From Candidatus Poribacteria bacterium (lineage in GTDB: Bacteria; Poribacteria; WGA-4E; WGA-3G), in NCBI GenBank assembly GCA_965198235.1, contig OZ240248.1:1984001-2048000 (forward strand): a DNA stretch of 64,000 nt, written 5' to 3'. Positions 1 through 10,090 of this stretch are shown piece by piece. The notes beneath the pieces were generated by a model, which was given only the letters and a program-made list of their open reading frames with translations, did no database searches and had not been told where the DNA came from. Each line of letters opens with the position of its first letter. The stretch's first letter is position 1. Position numbers and translations under genes: made by a program.

Positions 1-256
1 GAAATTCCTTATCCAAACGCCACATCTCCATAATCTGTAACATTTCTTCAGCACGATCAGCGTCTTCATCGCTTTCCGAGTCACCGACGACTGCCAGGTT
101 ACGCAATCCCTCACCGATTGTGTCGCGTTTCTCCGCAAACAGTGCGTCGTAATGTTCGCGTAACACGGTCAGGTGTTCGTCGTCAATGAGCCGTTCTTCT
201 ATGTTGAGATAGCCTTCGCGTCTGAATTGTTCGACCTCTTGAGGTGTAAGTTTCAT
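1..256 (-). CDS. Phytanoyl-CoA dioxygenase (PhyH) family protein, N-terminal part (runs off window)
   Basis: Manual translation MKLTPQEVEQFRREGYLNIEERLID... has the typical PhyH start (LTxEQxxxFxxxGY); AAGGAA RBS upstream; not in the ORF track because it is truncated. Confidence 0.8.
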   Translation of the reverse strand, partial: MKLTPQEVEQFRREGYLNIEERLIDDEHLTVLREHYDALFAEKRDTIGEGLRNLAVVGDSESDEDADRAEEMLQIMEMWRLDKEF

Positions 257-392
257 AGTTTAATTGTTCCTTGCGGGTAGGTATCGGTATTTGTGCTTTG
301 ACAATTTCCGTGTTTGAGTCGTCTGCGCCGTTGTTGCAGGCTTGTTTTCTGGTACAAGTTGCTAAACCCAGTTCAGACTTAACCAGATACCC

Positions 393-441
393 GCAAGGAC
401 AACGGACGCAGCGGTCCAAAAGCAATAAATTAAAAATCGGA
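393..441. repeat. Dispersed repeat, copy 1 (GCAAGGACAACGGACGCAGC...TTAAAAAT.GGA)
   Basis: 20-mer at 393-412 is identical to 17390-17409, and similarity continues downstream. Confidence 0.75.
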
Positions 442-2763
442 TTCTTCAAGAATCTTTTGATATGTCTGCGATGCCACGTTATACGCCTCGCGGGCGGCAT
501 CTCGCTCCTCTTCTCGGATGCGATCAACCTTTTCGTTCCAGCAGACTTCGACAGCCTCCAAACACCATTGCGCGCTTCTGCGACTTGCTCGGATCGGCTT
601 TCCATCTACAATAACGAAGACCGGATTCGTATGAGACGACGGGAAAATCCGTAACGCAACCCAACTCGATCTCTCAATAGATGCCTCAAATTGAACAGGG
701 ACGACGTCACCGTTAGCCACAATTTCTTGCCGCGCAACTGCCTGACCATTGACGATGAGTTCAAGAGGCACTTTCCGTTCTTCTGCAATACGAGCACGTT
801 CAATATCCCAATACGGTTGCTGATCCAAAGGACGATTCTGTATCGCAGGGTTAGGTTCTTCATCAAGCCGTGCAGCGACGCGAGCGGTAAGGGTTACCGT
901 GCTGGGTGCTTCCAGATCCAACTGGCTAATTTGTCCGGTCGGTGACTTTTCTCCAACCGGCACGCCACCGACGGTGAAGTCCAGCAAGTGACTTTTACCG
1001 TCTCCGACATAGGAACGCCCGTCTCGCAATCCTGCGACCCATGCATCGAAGTCGAGGGAACCGGCAGGCATTTTTACATATATTCGACCTAATCCCACCC
1101 GTTCGCCGTAAATGCAAGGGAAATCCGTCTCGCCACTGATTCGGGTGCGGAAACCACAGTTCAAGGTATGATACCAGATACTCAGTTCCCAAATGGCAGG
1201 TGTATCTACCGTGGATATGAAATCAACAGCGTCGTGAACGACATCCACGATATACTCATTAGCACCGATGCCATCAAAAGGGGGCATGTTGTAATTGGGG
1301 AGTTCGTCTCCATCCACTTTCAAACCCCAGCCGCTGTGACTGAAGCCTGTCACGGCTCCCTGTTCTTTCGCCCACTGAAGGACAGGGAGGTCCCAACTCG
1401 GCCATTCCTCAATGCGTTCAACACCTTTATAGTCGTCTTCAGTCAAAGCAAGCAACGAGAGATGTCCTGCGTGTGAGGAAGGAAAGCCCGATACCTCTAC
1501 GTCATAACGCATCACGTAGTCATCGGTCGAGAGTTCGTGGATTTTGCCCTCGAAAAACTCCTTCTGATAATACCAGCAGGGTCCCCACGAGAGTACACAA
1601 CCGACGTTGAGGTCCTCCCCGAGAATGTGTCGCATCATATCTTCCGGCGTGACACCCTCGGTGGGGCTTTCGTAGTGCGCACAACCCGCCGCGTGGACGT
1701 GATGATCCCCGGAACGCCAGCCTTCTGCTGCGATATGGATCCATCTTTCCAGACGGAATGTCTCTTGATGCGTTTCGATATTCGGGACGGTAATGGTTTG
1801 GGTCTTTACTCGGTATTCCGGTCCCCGTGTGTGCTCGACAGTATATTTGCCGGGTGGTAGAAGAACCGATTCGCCGTTGTGTCGATAGATTTGGTTATGA
1901 AAGAAAAAATCGGGTGCCAATCGTCGCCCGCGTGATGGATACACACGGTTCAATTCGTCACGAATGATAAAAGCGGCGGTTGTCGGCTTTCCGTCGAAAT
2001 CTAATACTTCTAAAGTTACCTTTACCGCTGGCACACAGTGGAATAGGATAGGGACTTCACTGCGGAAGCCGATATCCTGTGTTCCCTGACCGACATTGAA
2101 ACCAAGCATCGCTTCCCGTTTCCCCGCATCGCGGCTATAGAGTTGGACAATACGATACTCCAATTCCAATCCCGAAAGGCTCGCCTTCAAGGGTGGGTTG
2201 GAATAGACCTCAATATCGAGAAACCGGTGCGGAATATCGCTTTTGGGCACCGTCATCTGCGGGTCAGGGCTTCCACTGGAACGTTTATAAAGCGGGGCAG
2301 CATTCTCACTCTCAGCAACTAAAGGTGCTGTCACGCCAGCCTCGTTGTGTACCTTTACTAAAAAGGTACGCCAACCCTGCTGCATCAGTTCCTTGTCTAC
2401 TGGACCTTCCTTAACCTTCACACGGCTCTCAGGGTTGATATTGACACCGGTCAAACAGTATGCGTCAAGAGTTTTTTGAATGTCAACAATCGCCTGTTTA
2501 TGGTCATCGGCAACCAAGGCTTCCTTGATTGCGGAAAGATCGTCTTCAGATAGGGGTGAACCGAGATAGTCCAACGCCTCAATGAGTCGTTGGGTCGCTG
2601 AGGCGAACGGTTGAAACTCCACTTCAGTGACGAGGCTCAATTCATCGGTGAACCCCACCGAAGTGAAAGTGAGAAGCAATATCCAACTGATAAGTGTCAA
2701 GTAGAACAGTCTACAGGTTCCTTTTTTTCCAAGAGTGTTGTATCCATTTGTCGTCCATCGCAT
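430..2763 (-). CDS. CehA/McbA family PHP-like metallohydrolase, probably exported
   Basis: GDHHVH metal motif, later HSGWG and GETDFP motifs, N-terminal hydrophobic signal, Ig-like flanking regions. Confidence 0.75.
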   Translation of the reverse strand: MRWTTNGYNTLGKKGTCRLFYLTLISWILLLTFTSVGFTDELSLVTEVEFQPFASATQRLIEALDYLGSPLSEDDLSAIKEALVADDHKQAIVDIQKTLDAYCLTGVNINPESRVKVKEGPVDKELMQQGWRTFLVKVHNEAGVTAPLVAESENAAPLYKRSSGSPDPQMTVPKSDIPHRFLDIEVYSNPPLKASLSGLELEYRIVQLYSRDAGKREAMLGFNVGQGTQDIGFRSEVPILFHCVPAVKVTLEVLDFDGKPTTAAFIIRDELNRVYPSRGRRLAPDFFFHNQIYRHNGESVLLPPGKYTVEHTRGPEYRVKTQTITVPNIETHQETFRLERWIHIAAEGWRSGDHHVHAAGCAHYESPTEGVTPEDMMRHILGEDLNVGCVLSWGPCWYYQKEFFEGKIHELSTDDYVMRYDVEVSGFPSSHAGHLSLLALTEDDYKGVERIEEWPSWDLPVLQWAKEQGAVTGFSHSGWGLKVDGDELPNYNMPPFDGIGANEYIVDVVHDAVDFISTVDTPAIWELSIWYHTLNCGFRTRISGETDFPCIYGERVGLGRIYVKMPAGSLDFDAWVAGLRDGRSYVGDGKSHLLDFTVGGVPVGEKSPTGQISQLDLEAPSTVTLTARVAARLDEEPNPAIQNRPLDQQPYWDIERARIAEERKVPLELIVNGQAVARQEIVANGDVVPVQFEASIERSSWVALRIFPSSHTNPVFVIVDGKPIRASRRSAQWCLEAVEVCWNEKVDRIREEERDAAREAYNVASQTYQKILEESDF

Positions 2764-2809
2764 GTGGCATTCCTCCTAATCATTGATTGGTTTTTATCAC
2801 TAATGCCGT

Positions 2810-2838
2810 AGTCTATCATAATGTAGAGTGAATGTCAA
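2810..2838 (-). promoter_or_regulatory. Sigma70-type promoter for the metallohydrolase
   Basis: Minus strand TTGACA-17 nt-TAGACT with extended TG. Confidence 0.55.
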
Positions 2839-2855
2839 GTTCACAGTTGTCTGAA

Positions 2856-3572
2856 TCAAGTCACATGATAGTCCACACCATATTGCACCAAACCTAATCG
2901 TTGGGCTACACGTTGAGAAGCCACATTGTCCCACGAAGTACTATAGAGAGGAATGCAGTTCAAGGCACGGACAGCAAGTGCCCAAGCAGCGACAACCGAC
3001 GTTGCATGCCCACGCCGACGATAACCCGTTAGCGTATCAACGCCTGCTTCATGGGCTCGTGATGAGAGGCGGACACTTCGGCAAATTGACACCGCCTGTG
3101 AATCTTCTATAATTGCTAAATAGGGCTGCGAACTATTTAGTTCTGACACCATTTCGGCGAAGTCTCCCTTTAAGAGTCCTGCATTCTCACATGATAGTCG
3201 GACAACATTTATTGGTGGTGTAATATGTTCAGGAAAGCGATAAGCGGGTCCGATCCAGACTCGTTCAATGGGTGCATAACTTTGAAGAATATCCTTGAAT
3301 TGCCTATGGCTCTTTGGAATTTTCTCGGAGTTCACAAGCGTCGGTTCAGCATCAGCGACTTCCTTCAGTTGCGCAATCACGTTGTCCGGAAGGTCATGCC
3401 GGAACCTACATATTGAACCTTTAGTGGTGTATCCAAAGAAAAAACGAGGTGCTGATTCTGCAGCACCGGTAGGTTCGTTGATACGTTGAAGGCATCCGTT
3501 TTCATCCAGCGTGAATAGCACTTCAACTTGTATTTTCATCAGCTCTTTGTTAGATGCATCATGTTCCCTCAT
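2856..3572 (-). CDS. GNAT family N-acetyltransferase
   Basis: C-terminal EAGVDT..YRRRGHA acetyl-CoA motif and YST.WDN.ASQRVAQRLG. Confidence 0.8.
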   Translation of the reverse strand: MREHDASNKELMKIQVEVLFTLDENGCLQRINEPTGAAESAPRFFFGYTTKGSICRFRHDLPDNVIAQLKEVADAEPTLVNSEKIPKSHRQFKDILQSYAPIERVWIGPAYRFPEHITPPINVVRLSCENAGLLKGDFAEMVSELNSSQPYLAIIEDSQAVSICRSVRLSSRAHEAGVDTLTGYRRRGHATSVVAAWALAVRALNCIPLYSTSWDNVASQRVAQRLGLVQYGVDYHVT

Positions 3573-3604
3573 TGATCTGCTTACTCTCCAGTATAATGCT
3601 TCTC

Positions 3605-4333
3605 TTAAACCGTTTTTCTATGCCCGCTAACATTGTTGAAGTTTACTAAGGCTTTTACGTACGCGGTTGTGGATTTGCGTAAGCGTTCAATCCGTTCCTT
3701 GGGAATAGGTCCGCTATCCTCCTCAATACACAGATCGGATATGACGCGGATGCCGACGTATTTGATGTTATTAATCGCACAGACATCCACAATCGCCGAT
3801 GATTCCCAATTCACTGCGACGGCTCCACTCTCTACAGCAATTTTGTCCCTAACTTCACGATTGTATATGTCCATATCTCCGCAAATTACGGCGGCTTTTG
3901 TAAGCGTAACATTGGGATCCGTTGATAGCGTGTCTGCGAATTTGCTTATTGAAGATGAAGAAACCTGAAACAAGCGTTCCCGCCATGTCTCTTGCTCACG
4001 CTGAATCTCTGATCGATTTGGCACGTCGTGTTCAGAGACACCAGTAATCACAACAATGTCTCCGATATTCAAGATATCGACCAATCCACCGGCAAATCCG
4101 AACTCAAAAAAGGTGTCTACCTGATACTTTTCTATTATCAGTTGACACATTGATGCCGCACGCACTTTGCCCATACCCGACTGCATGATAACCCATTTTC
4201 CGTCTCCATCAAGCCATTCAAATTGCAACCTGCTATTCCAGTCAACCGAATCACCTACCTCCTGACCCAGGACGTTCAGAAGCATACGAGTTTCGTCGGC
4301 GTAAGCCGTCATGATACATAGTTTTGCACTCAC
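3605..4333 (-). CDS. MTA/SAH nucleosidase-like protein (PNP_UDP_1 superfamily), divergent
   Basis: GMGKVRAA, GFAGGL, IGDIVV, AVNWESSAI, IRVISD motifs. Confidence 0.75.
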   Translation of the reverse strand: MSAKLCIMTAYADETRMLLNVLGQEVGDSVDWNSRLQFEWLDGDGKWVIMQSGMGKVRAASMCQLIIEKYQVDTFFEFGFAGGLVDILNIGDIVVITGVSEHDVPNRSEIQREQETWRERLFQVSSSSISKFADTLSTDPNVTLTKAAVICGDMDIYNREVRDKIAVESGAVAVNWESSAIVDVCAINNIKYVGIRVISDLCIEEDSGPIPKERIERLRKSTTAYVKALVNFNNVSGHRKTV

Positions 4334-4443
4334 AGATTTTGCTCCATAATTAAATGAGGGATGCTTGTAATTGAAACTGCGTCAGGATATTGGAGGATCA
4401 TCTCGATTCCAGAGTTTACCAACAAGATCGCGATTTTAACTGA

Positions 4444-5664
4444 TTAATTGCTCATTTTTTGAAATTCACAGTAACTCTCATACCGAAACTTCGAGATGTC
4501 CCCTTTTTTCAGAGCATCTTCCACTCTGCAACCTTCCTCGTAAATATGCGTGCAATGATTTTTCATACAACGCTCTCGTAGTGAGTTCATCTCTGGAAAA
4601 TAGCGGTCCATCAAGCGAGGCTCGATGTCCCAGAAGTGCAACTCGCGAAGCCCCGGTGTGTCGGCGATAAAACCACCGAAATCCAAGTTGTAAAGTTGGG
4701 TTGCAACGGTCGTGTGTCTTCCGCCCCGTCTCGGATTCACTTCGTTCGTTTTCAATTTCAAATTGGGTTGAATGGCGTTCAGAAGTGACGATTTTCCGAC
4801 CCCGGATAATCCAGTGAGTGCTGAAATCTTTCCTCTCATCCACGCTTTCAAATCCTCGATTCCCTCGCCAGTCGTTGCACTCGTAAGGGTTGTCCGATAA
4901 CCGATTTTCTGATAAACTGCGGCTATCGGATCCACTTCCGATCGGTTTTTGAGCATGTCAATTTTATTGAAACAGATAAGTGGTTCAATTCCTGATGCCT
5001 CGGCGATAACAAGGAACCTGTCCAGCATTCGCTGCCAGATTGGTGGTTCTTTTACAGAAGAAACGATGATGAGCCCATCAAGATTCGGAATCAGAATAAC
5101 GCCTTTGGATTGTGTTCCCCCTCGTTTAAATTGGCTCTTGCGCCGCAGAACGGCTCCAATCGTACCATGCGTTTCATCAATCACCTGAATTTTGACGCGG
5201 TCCCCAACATAGACCTGCTGATTTGTGCTAAATGCATCTCGTTTTCCGCGTAGCGAACATTGATATCGATTCGCATCGCACTGCACGATGTAAACACCGT
5301 TGCTCGCACGCATCACGATACCCTCGGGAAGTCCGATCAATTTTTCGTTATCGAAAAGATAGCCTGTCCGTTTGAGGAGTTCCTCGTCCGGTATAATTCG
5401 TGCGGCTTTGATGGCACTAAGATGCCTGACCCGGTCTTTGACAAGCATCTTCTCTGATTTGAGGAGCAAAGCGACAACGACTGGTTTGTCTTCGTCATCA
5501 CCAAGCGCGTTCTCCGCGTCCCGAATCGCTGGATTCATACCGAGATAAACCTTGCTATAGGTGACACGCTCTCGCCAATCAAAAGCCGAGTAATCGCCTG
5601 CAATAATCTTTTCCGCTTCGATTAAAGTTGTGCCTGCGTAAACAGACATTGCCATAGGTTTCAA
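4444..5664 (-). CDS. rsgA: Ribosome small subunit-dependent GTPase A (RsgA family) with ~110-aa N-terminal extension
   Basis: OB fold (VGDRV), circularly permuted GTPase motifs NKID, GLSGVGKSS, GRHTT, DTPG, and Zn site C-x4-C-x-H-x5-C. Confidence 0.85.
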   Translation of the reverse strand: MKPMAMSVYAGTTLIEAEKIIAGDYSAFDWRERVTYSKVYLGMNPAIRDAENALGDDEDKPVVVALLLKSEKMLVKDRVRHLSAIKAARIIPDEELLKRTGYLFDNEKLIGLPEGIVMRASNGVYIVQCDANRYQCSLRGKRDAFSTNQQVYVGDRVKIQVIDETHGTIGAVLRRKSQFKRGGTQSKGVILIPNLDGLIIVSSVKEPPIWQRMLDRFLVIAEASGIEPLICFNKIDMLKNRSEVDPIAAVYQKIGYRTTLTSATTGEGIEDLKAWMRGKISALTGLSGVGKSSLLNAIQPNLKLKTNEVNPRRGGRHTTVATQLYNLDFGGFIADTPGLRELHFWDIEPRLMDRYFPEMNSLRERCMKNHCTHIYEEGCRVEDALKKGDISKFRYESYCEFQKMSN

Positions 5665-6031
5665 TTACCTTTGTTTTGTCTACCCCAAATCACCGCGAAT
5701 TTTCGCGAATGATTCAAAGGAACGTTCGTTAAGACTCTGATAAAACGTGATAATCTTTCACTTACATACAATTTTGGATGCACTTTAGGGAGCATCGCGT
5801 GAACGATTCAAGGTTCTTTCGCTGCAACTAACCTGACATTGTAAAGCGTCACATGTAGTTTGCTATGCCCTGATTTCATAGAAAGTGTAAAAAGCTTCAA
5901 TAGAGCATTCCGGACGCAAAATCTGATTTAAAAAATAATCTAATAAAAGTTTAACCCAGAGGTTTTAAAGGGAATCACTTTAAATTAAAGAGCTACAAAA
6001 CAATAGGATTCACGCAGTGTGCTGATTTTTC

Positions 6032-6060
6032 TTGACGTGTTTTACGAAATTGGTTATTCT
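6032..6060 (+). promoter_or_regulatory. Sigma70-type promoter
   Basis: TTGACG-17 nt-TATTCT in an AT-rich divergent intergenic region. Confidence 0.45.
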
Positions 6061-6231
6061 TTTGATGAGCGAAGAATTGATCGAATGCGATAGAAGGATC
6101 CATCGAATCACTGTTTAACATTTAACGAAAAACCTTGGAATTTTGTAGCCGAGGTAACTAACAAATTTTTTGTTGAATGATCTGAGTTCTATGAGTTTCA
6201 TTTCAATTGATTGAGGATAAGGAGAATACCG

Positions 6232-7311
6232 ATGAAAACATATCGTGCCGCTGTTATCGGTTGTAGCCGGATGGGTGCATTTATTGATAACGAAGTCCCC
6301 GATTACGAAGCGATTAAGTTACCTTATTCCCATGCTGCGGGCTATTTTGCCGAAGAACGAACTGATCTGGTCGCATGTGCGGATCTGCGTCCAGAAGTGA
6401 TGGAACATTTTGGAAACCGATATAATGTTCCAAAAGCGAATCAATACACCGATTATCGTGACATGCTTGAAAAAGAACAGCCTGATATTGTCAGTGTTGC
6501 CACACAACCCGAGCATCGCGCAGAAATTGTTATTTACGCAGCAGCGCACGGCGTGAAAGCCATCTATGCAGAAAAGGCGATGGCGGCTTCTATGGACGAA
6601 GCAGCAGCCATGGTATCTGCGGTAGAACAAAACAAGGTCGCCTTTAACCTTGGCACAAATCGCCGGTGGCATACAGGTTTTGACAAGATGAAAGAGATCA
6701 TTGACAGTGGTGAAATTGGTAACCTACGCACCTTGATTATCTATTCAAACAGTACGCTTTTCAACTCAGCCAGTCATAACTTCGATCTAATTTTACGTTT
6801 GAATAGCGATGCGTCTGCGAGTTGGATCACAGGTTATCTTCCACAAGGCGATTCGGTTTTTGATGGGAATGTGCTGCAAGCTGATCCGGCTGGGGCGGGA
6901 ACAATCCAGTTTGAAAATGGTGTGATGGCACACGCACTGCTAACGCCACGTAGTAGTGAATGGGAAGCAATTTGTGATGGCGGAACCGTTACATGCTGGA
7001 ACAACGGTTGGCAGTGGCATCTCCGTAAACAGCAAGATGTACCCGGGTGGAGGACATGTCAGGTACCTGAAACCTTTCCTGCATTTGAACGCGCCAGTAG
7101 CACAGCAAACTTGGTTAAAGACCTTGTTCACGCATTAGATACAGGGCAACCGACCCGAGGCGGAGTCCGGTGCGCGTATGCCAGCACTGAACTGATTTTT
7201 GGCATAATTGAATCGCATCTACACAACGGCGCACGTATTGAACTGCCGTTGAAAGACTCAAGAATCCGTTTACAAAGAAACCCGTCTGCAAGACAACCAC
7301 GGGTCGAGTAA
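6232..7311 (+). CDS. Gfo/Idh/MocA family oxidoreductase
   Basis: AAVIGCSRMG Rossmann start, EKA motif, H-x2-D; start moved to the ATG after the AGGAG RBS. Confidence 0.85.
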   Translation: MKTYRAAVIGCSRMGAFIDNEVPDYEAIKLPYSHAAGYFAEERTDLVACADLRPEVMEHFGNRYNVPKANQYTDYRDMLEKEQPDIVSVATQPEHRAEIVIYAAAHGVKAIYAEKAMAASMDEAAAMVSAVEQNKVAFNLGTNRRWHTGFDKMKEIIDSGEIGNLRTLIIYSNSTLFNSASHNFDLILRLNSDASASWITGYLPQGDSVFDGNVLQADPAGAGTIQFENGVMAHALLTPRSSEWEAICDGGTVTCWNNGWQWHLRKQQDVPGWRTCQVPETFPAFERASSTANLVKDLVHALDTGQPTRGGVRCAYASTELIFGIIESHLHNGARIELPLKDSRIRLQRNPSARQPRVE

Positions 7312-7372
7312 TCATAGCAAGCCTGGAAGTGTACTCCTTATAACGGATTGAAGATTCAGACAATTTTGGGTG

Positions 7373-8320
7373 TCAATCAAGAACTTCAAGGGACGCTTGC
7401 CGAATATCGTCCAATTCTTCAGCACTGAAGACACCCGCTCGGTAGAGATTCCGGTACTCTTCGGAGACGCTCTGACCGAATATCATCAGATCGTCCGTGT
7501 TAATCGTCACGGGTACGCCGTTGTCATATAAGGCGCGAATCGGATGGGAGGCAAGATCGGACACACCACCCAACATCACGTTGCTCGTTGGACATACGTT
7601 CAATTGTATCTGATTTTCAGACAACCATTGCATCACTTCAACCGATTCTGCAGCACCGATGCCGTGCTGTACCTCGTCTAAATTCAAGACTTCGACGGTT
7701 CGTCGGACCTCTTCCGCCCCACCGAACTCCCCGACATGTGCTTTGCGCTTCATCCCCGCAGCGCGTGCCTTGACATATAAGGACTGGACGGCTTCAGGAT
7801 CACATGCCTCTTGATGGCTATACAGATCAATCGACTGGAATATGTTTAATTCTGTTGCTTCGTGCGCCAATTTCATCCATTTTGGGTCGTCAGCACACTC
7901 CCGCGCAAAACCGAGTTCAGGACGCAAATCAATCTGTTCACGATACCGCTCAACTAACATTTCAATAAATGAACGAAGTTCGGCCAATCCATCTGGATAG
8001 AACTTAACTAACCGGATGTCGAAACTCATTTCAAGGATAACAACACCATCTTGGACTGCATCATTCATCGCTGACACCGCAATGAACTCAAAACCTTGGC
8101 GGTGGTTTAAGTGAGGGTCTAAAGCAGCATCTATGTATTCCATCATCCCGCCAAGTCCTTTCATTTTGAGAGGTGGTTTGGTTAGCGGATGTCCGAGCCA
8201 ACGCTCTGCATTCTCTCGACGTGTACTTAAAAAAGAATGGGAGTGAACGTCGATTTTAGGGGCTGCTCTTATAGCGGTCAAGTTATCTGTGGAGAGTGCT
8301 TCAACGAAATCAGTAGACAT
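7373..8320 (-). CDS. Adenosine deaminase family protein
   Basis: PKIDVHSH, AHVGE, VQHG, VCPTSN, INTDD motifs; start moved to MSTDF because the upstream extension reads through a REP. Confidence 0.85.
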   Translation of the reverse strand: MSTDFVEALSTDNLTAIRAAPKIDVHSHSFLSTRRENAERWLGHPLTKPPLKMKGLGGMMEYIDAALDPHLNHRQGFEFIAVSAMNDAVQDGVVILEMSFDIRLVKFYPDGLAELRSFIEMLVERYREQIDLRPELGFARECADDPKWMKLAHEATELNIFQSIDLYSHQEACDPEAVQSLYVKARAAGMKRKAHVGEFGGAEEVRRTVEVLNLDEVQHGIGAAESVEVMQWLSENQIQLNVCPTSNVMLGGVSDLASHPIRALYDNGVPVTINTDDLMIFGQSVSEEYRNLYRAGVFSAEELDDIRQASLEVLD

Positions 8321-8350
8321 AATATCAAATTCAGAAGTATAAGGAGTGGC

Positions 8351-8526
8351 GTAGGTTGGGTTGAACGAAACTAAGAAGGACGATGTTGCCACCGCAAAGG
8401 GGTCTCAACTCCAATATCCCGTCATATAGACTCAAGGAGGGAGTGAAACCCAACTTCATACCGTCATATCTTGGCAACACGATATGAAAAGCGTTGGGTT
8501 TCACTCAGTATCTATCTGATATGACG
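8351..8526. repeat. REP/REPIN-like nested palindrome
   Basis: GTAGGTTGGGTTGAACG at 8351; perfect 14-bp IR GAGTGAAACCCAAC (8441-8454)/GTTGGGTTTCACTC (8493-8506); outer IR CGTCATAT/ATATGACG; inner IR TCATATC/GATATGA. Confidence 0.75.
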
Positions 8527-8581
8527 TGTATAGGTAGAAGCTTATTTTTCTGTAAACTGTAAGATTCTTGTGGGACAGGAC

Positions 8582-9355
8582 CTATATCTCTTTCTTCGCG
8601 ACAACGGCAAAACTGACGTTGTAAGCCATTTCATGTGTCCAACTCCCCGGCGCAGCGTCAATATCTGGCTGGGTCCAAGAACGTTCCTCAACCCGCTCAA
8701 TCCGAAAACCGTTGTCCAAGAGTCCGTTAAATATATCGCCAAGGTAGTGTCGAAAGTCGAATGCGCCGTCTGAATACCTGAAAACGCGCTCAGAATACGG
8801 CTCGGTAACACGATAGGATTCACCATCCCATTCCCAAAAATGATTGGCAGGATTGCCAAAATCCACGCGATACTGACCTCCCGGACGGATGATTCTTGAT
8901 ACACCGCTATACACTTCATGGACAGATGGAACCCAGTTCATGGAAGGTCCTTGATAGACGAGGTCAAATGATGCGTCTTCAATTGCGGACAAATCGCGGA
9001 TATTGAGGCGATGCGTTTCCATCTGATAGCCGTAATGCTTCGCGGCAGTAATGTCCCCGTCAAGCTGACCTTGCGTAAAATCAATGACAGTTACACGGGC
9101 GTCAAGCAGACCGAACACCGCTGACTGTTGTCCGCCACCTGCGGCGAGACACAACACGTCCTTGTGTGCAACATCCTTGAGCAGATATACGGGGTAAATT
9201 TGGTAGAGATGGTACGGAACTGAGTCAAGCCGATCCTCAGTATACTTTAGAATCTCATCTCTATCAAGGTCGAGCCATGGGACGGTAAAGCCGTTCTTCC
9301 TTAATACCTCGGCTTCCCAATGCGCTCGATTAGCAATAGTGATTTCGTCATTCAT
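8582..9355 (-). CDS. Class I SAM-dependent methyltransferase
   Basis: VLCLAAGGGQQ motif I, SFDLV, IRPGG. Confidence 0.85.
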   Translation of the reverse strand: MNDEITIANRAHWEAEVLRKNGFTVPWLDLDRDEILKYTEDRLDSVPYHLYQIYPVYLLKDVAHKDVLCLAAGGGQQSAVFGLLDARVTVIDFTQGQLDGDITAAKHYGYQMETHRLNIRDLSAIEDASFDLVYQGPSMNWVPSVHEVYSGVSRIIRPGGQYRVDFGNPANHFWEWDGESYRVTEPYSERVFRYSDGAFDFRHYLGDIFNGLLDNGFRIERVEERSWTQPDIDAAPGSWTHEMAYNVSFAVVAKKEI

Positions 9356-9386
9356 TGGGTTTCATAATAAGGTCTCCAGAGATACT

Positions 9387-10007
9387 TCAACTGGATTCAT
9401 CCATCGATAAATATGACCTTGCTCCATTTATAGACAAATCGGCTCTTTCATAAGGCAAATGAGTTTTAACATAGTCATCTTCTTTCGGCATCCAATCCTG
9501 TTCCCAAATGGTGCGTGCCTCTTCTCCATCTCGCGCAATGCCACGGGCAAGACGGATTGCTCTGGGGCACTTCACCCATATTTTCAAATCGTATAGATCC
9601 GTTAACTCACACCTCATCGTATAGACACCCTCAACAAGCACCACGTCAGACGTAGAAATTGTATGCCACTCTGTAAGGACATCTGCCTCCCAATCGTATC
9701 GCTGGTAATAGACTAACCGTCCCTCTCTGACGGGAATGAGCACCTGATCGCGTAGACGCTCCCAATCAAAGTCGCAGCCAATCATCCCTGCTTGCTGGTT
9801 TTCACGTTGATCAGAAGGGTGGTAAAAATCATCATGCTTAACGACAGTCACGACCCAACCCAAAGTACTTAGCTGTTGTTCCAACAGTCGCGCCAAAGTA
9901 CTTTTTCCAGCACCGCCAAGTCCATCAATAGCCACAAGCAGACAGGCTCTTTGACGTTGGAGCATCTTCAAACAATTTACGATGTTCGCGGGCGACTTGA
10001 AATCCAC
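9387..10007 (-). CDS. Uridine kinase-like P-loop kinase
   Basis: VAIDGLGGAGKST, HDDFY, YQRYDW, VEGVY, RLARGIARDG; GTG start chosen after a GGAG RBS. Confidence 0.8.
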   Translation of the reverse strand: MDFKSPANIVNCLKMLQRQRACLLVAIDGLGGAGKSTLARLLEQQLSTLGWVVTVVKHDDFYHPSDQRENQQAGMIGCDFDWERLRDQVLIPVREGRLVYYQRYDWEADVLTEWHTISTSDVVLVEGVYTMRCELTDLYDLKIWVKCPRAIRLARGIARDGEEARTIWEQDWMPKEDDYVKTHLPYERADLSINGARSYLSMDESS

Positions 10008-10090
10008 GTCTCCGGTTCCCTTCTGTTTGAGATCCAGACAAATCTGCGAGGTCTGCAAAGTAATTATGTAGACCGCAGGACTATCCACAG

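Noticed and set aside
5665-5830. 44-codon ORF and imperfect direct repeat (TCGCG..GAAYGATTCAA) upstream of rsgA
   Set aside because: No RBS or recognisable motif and only two degenerate copies; insufficient support.
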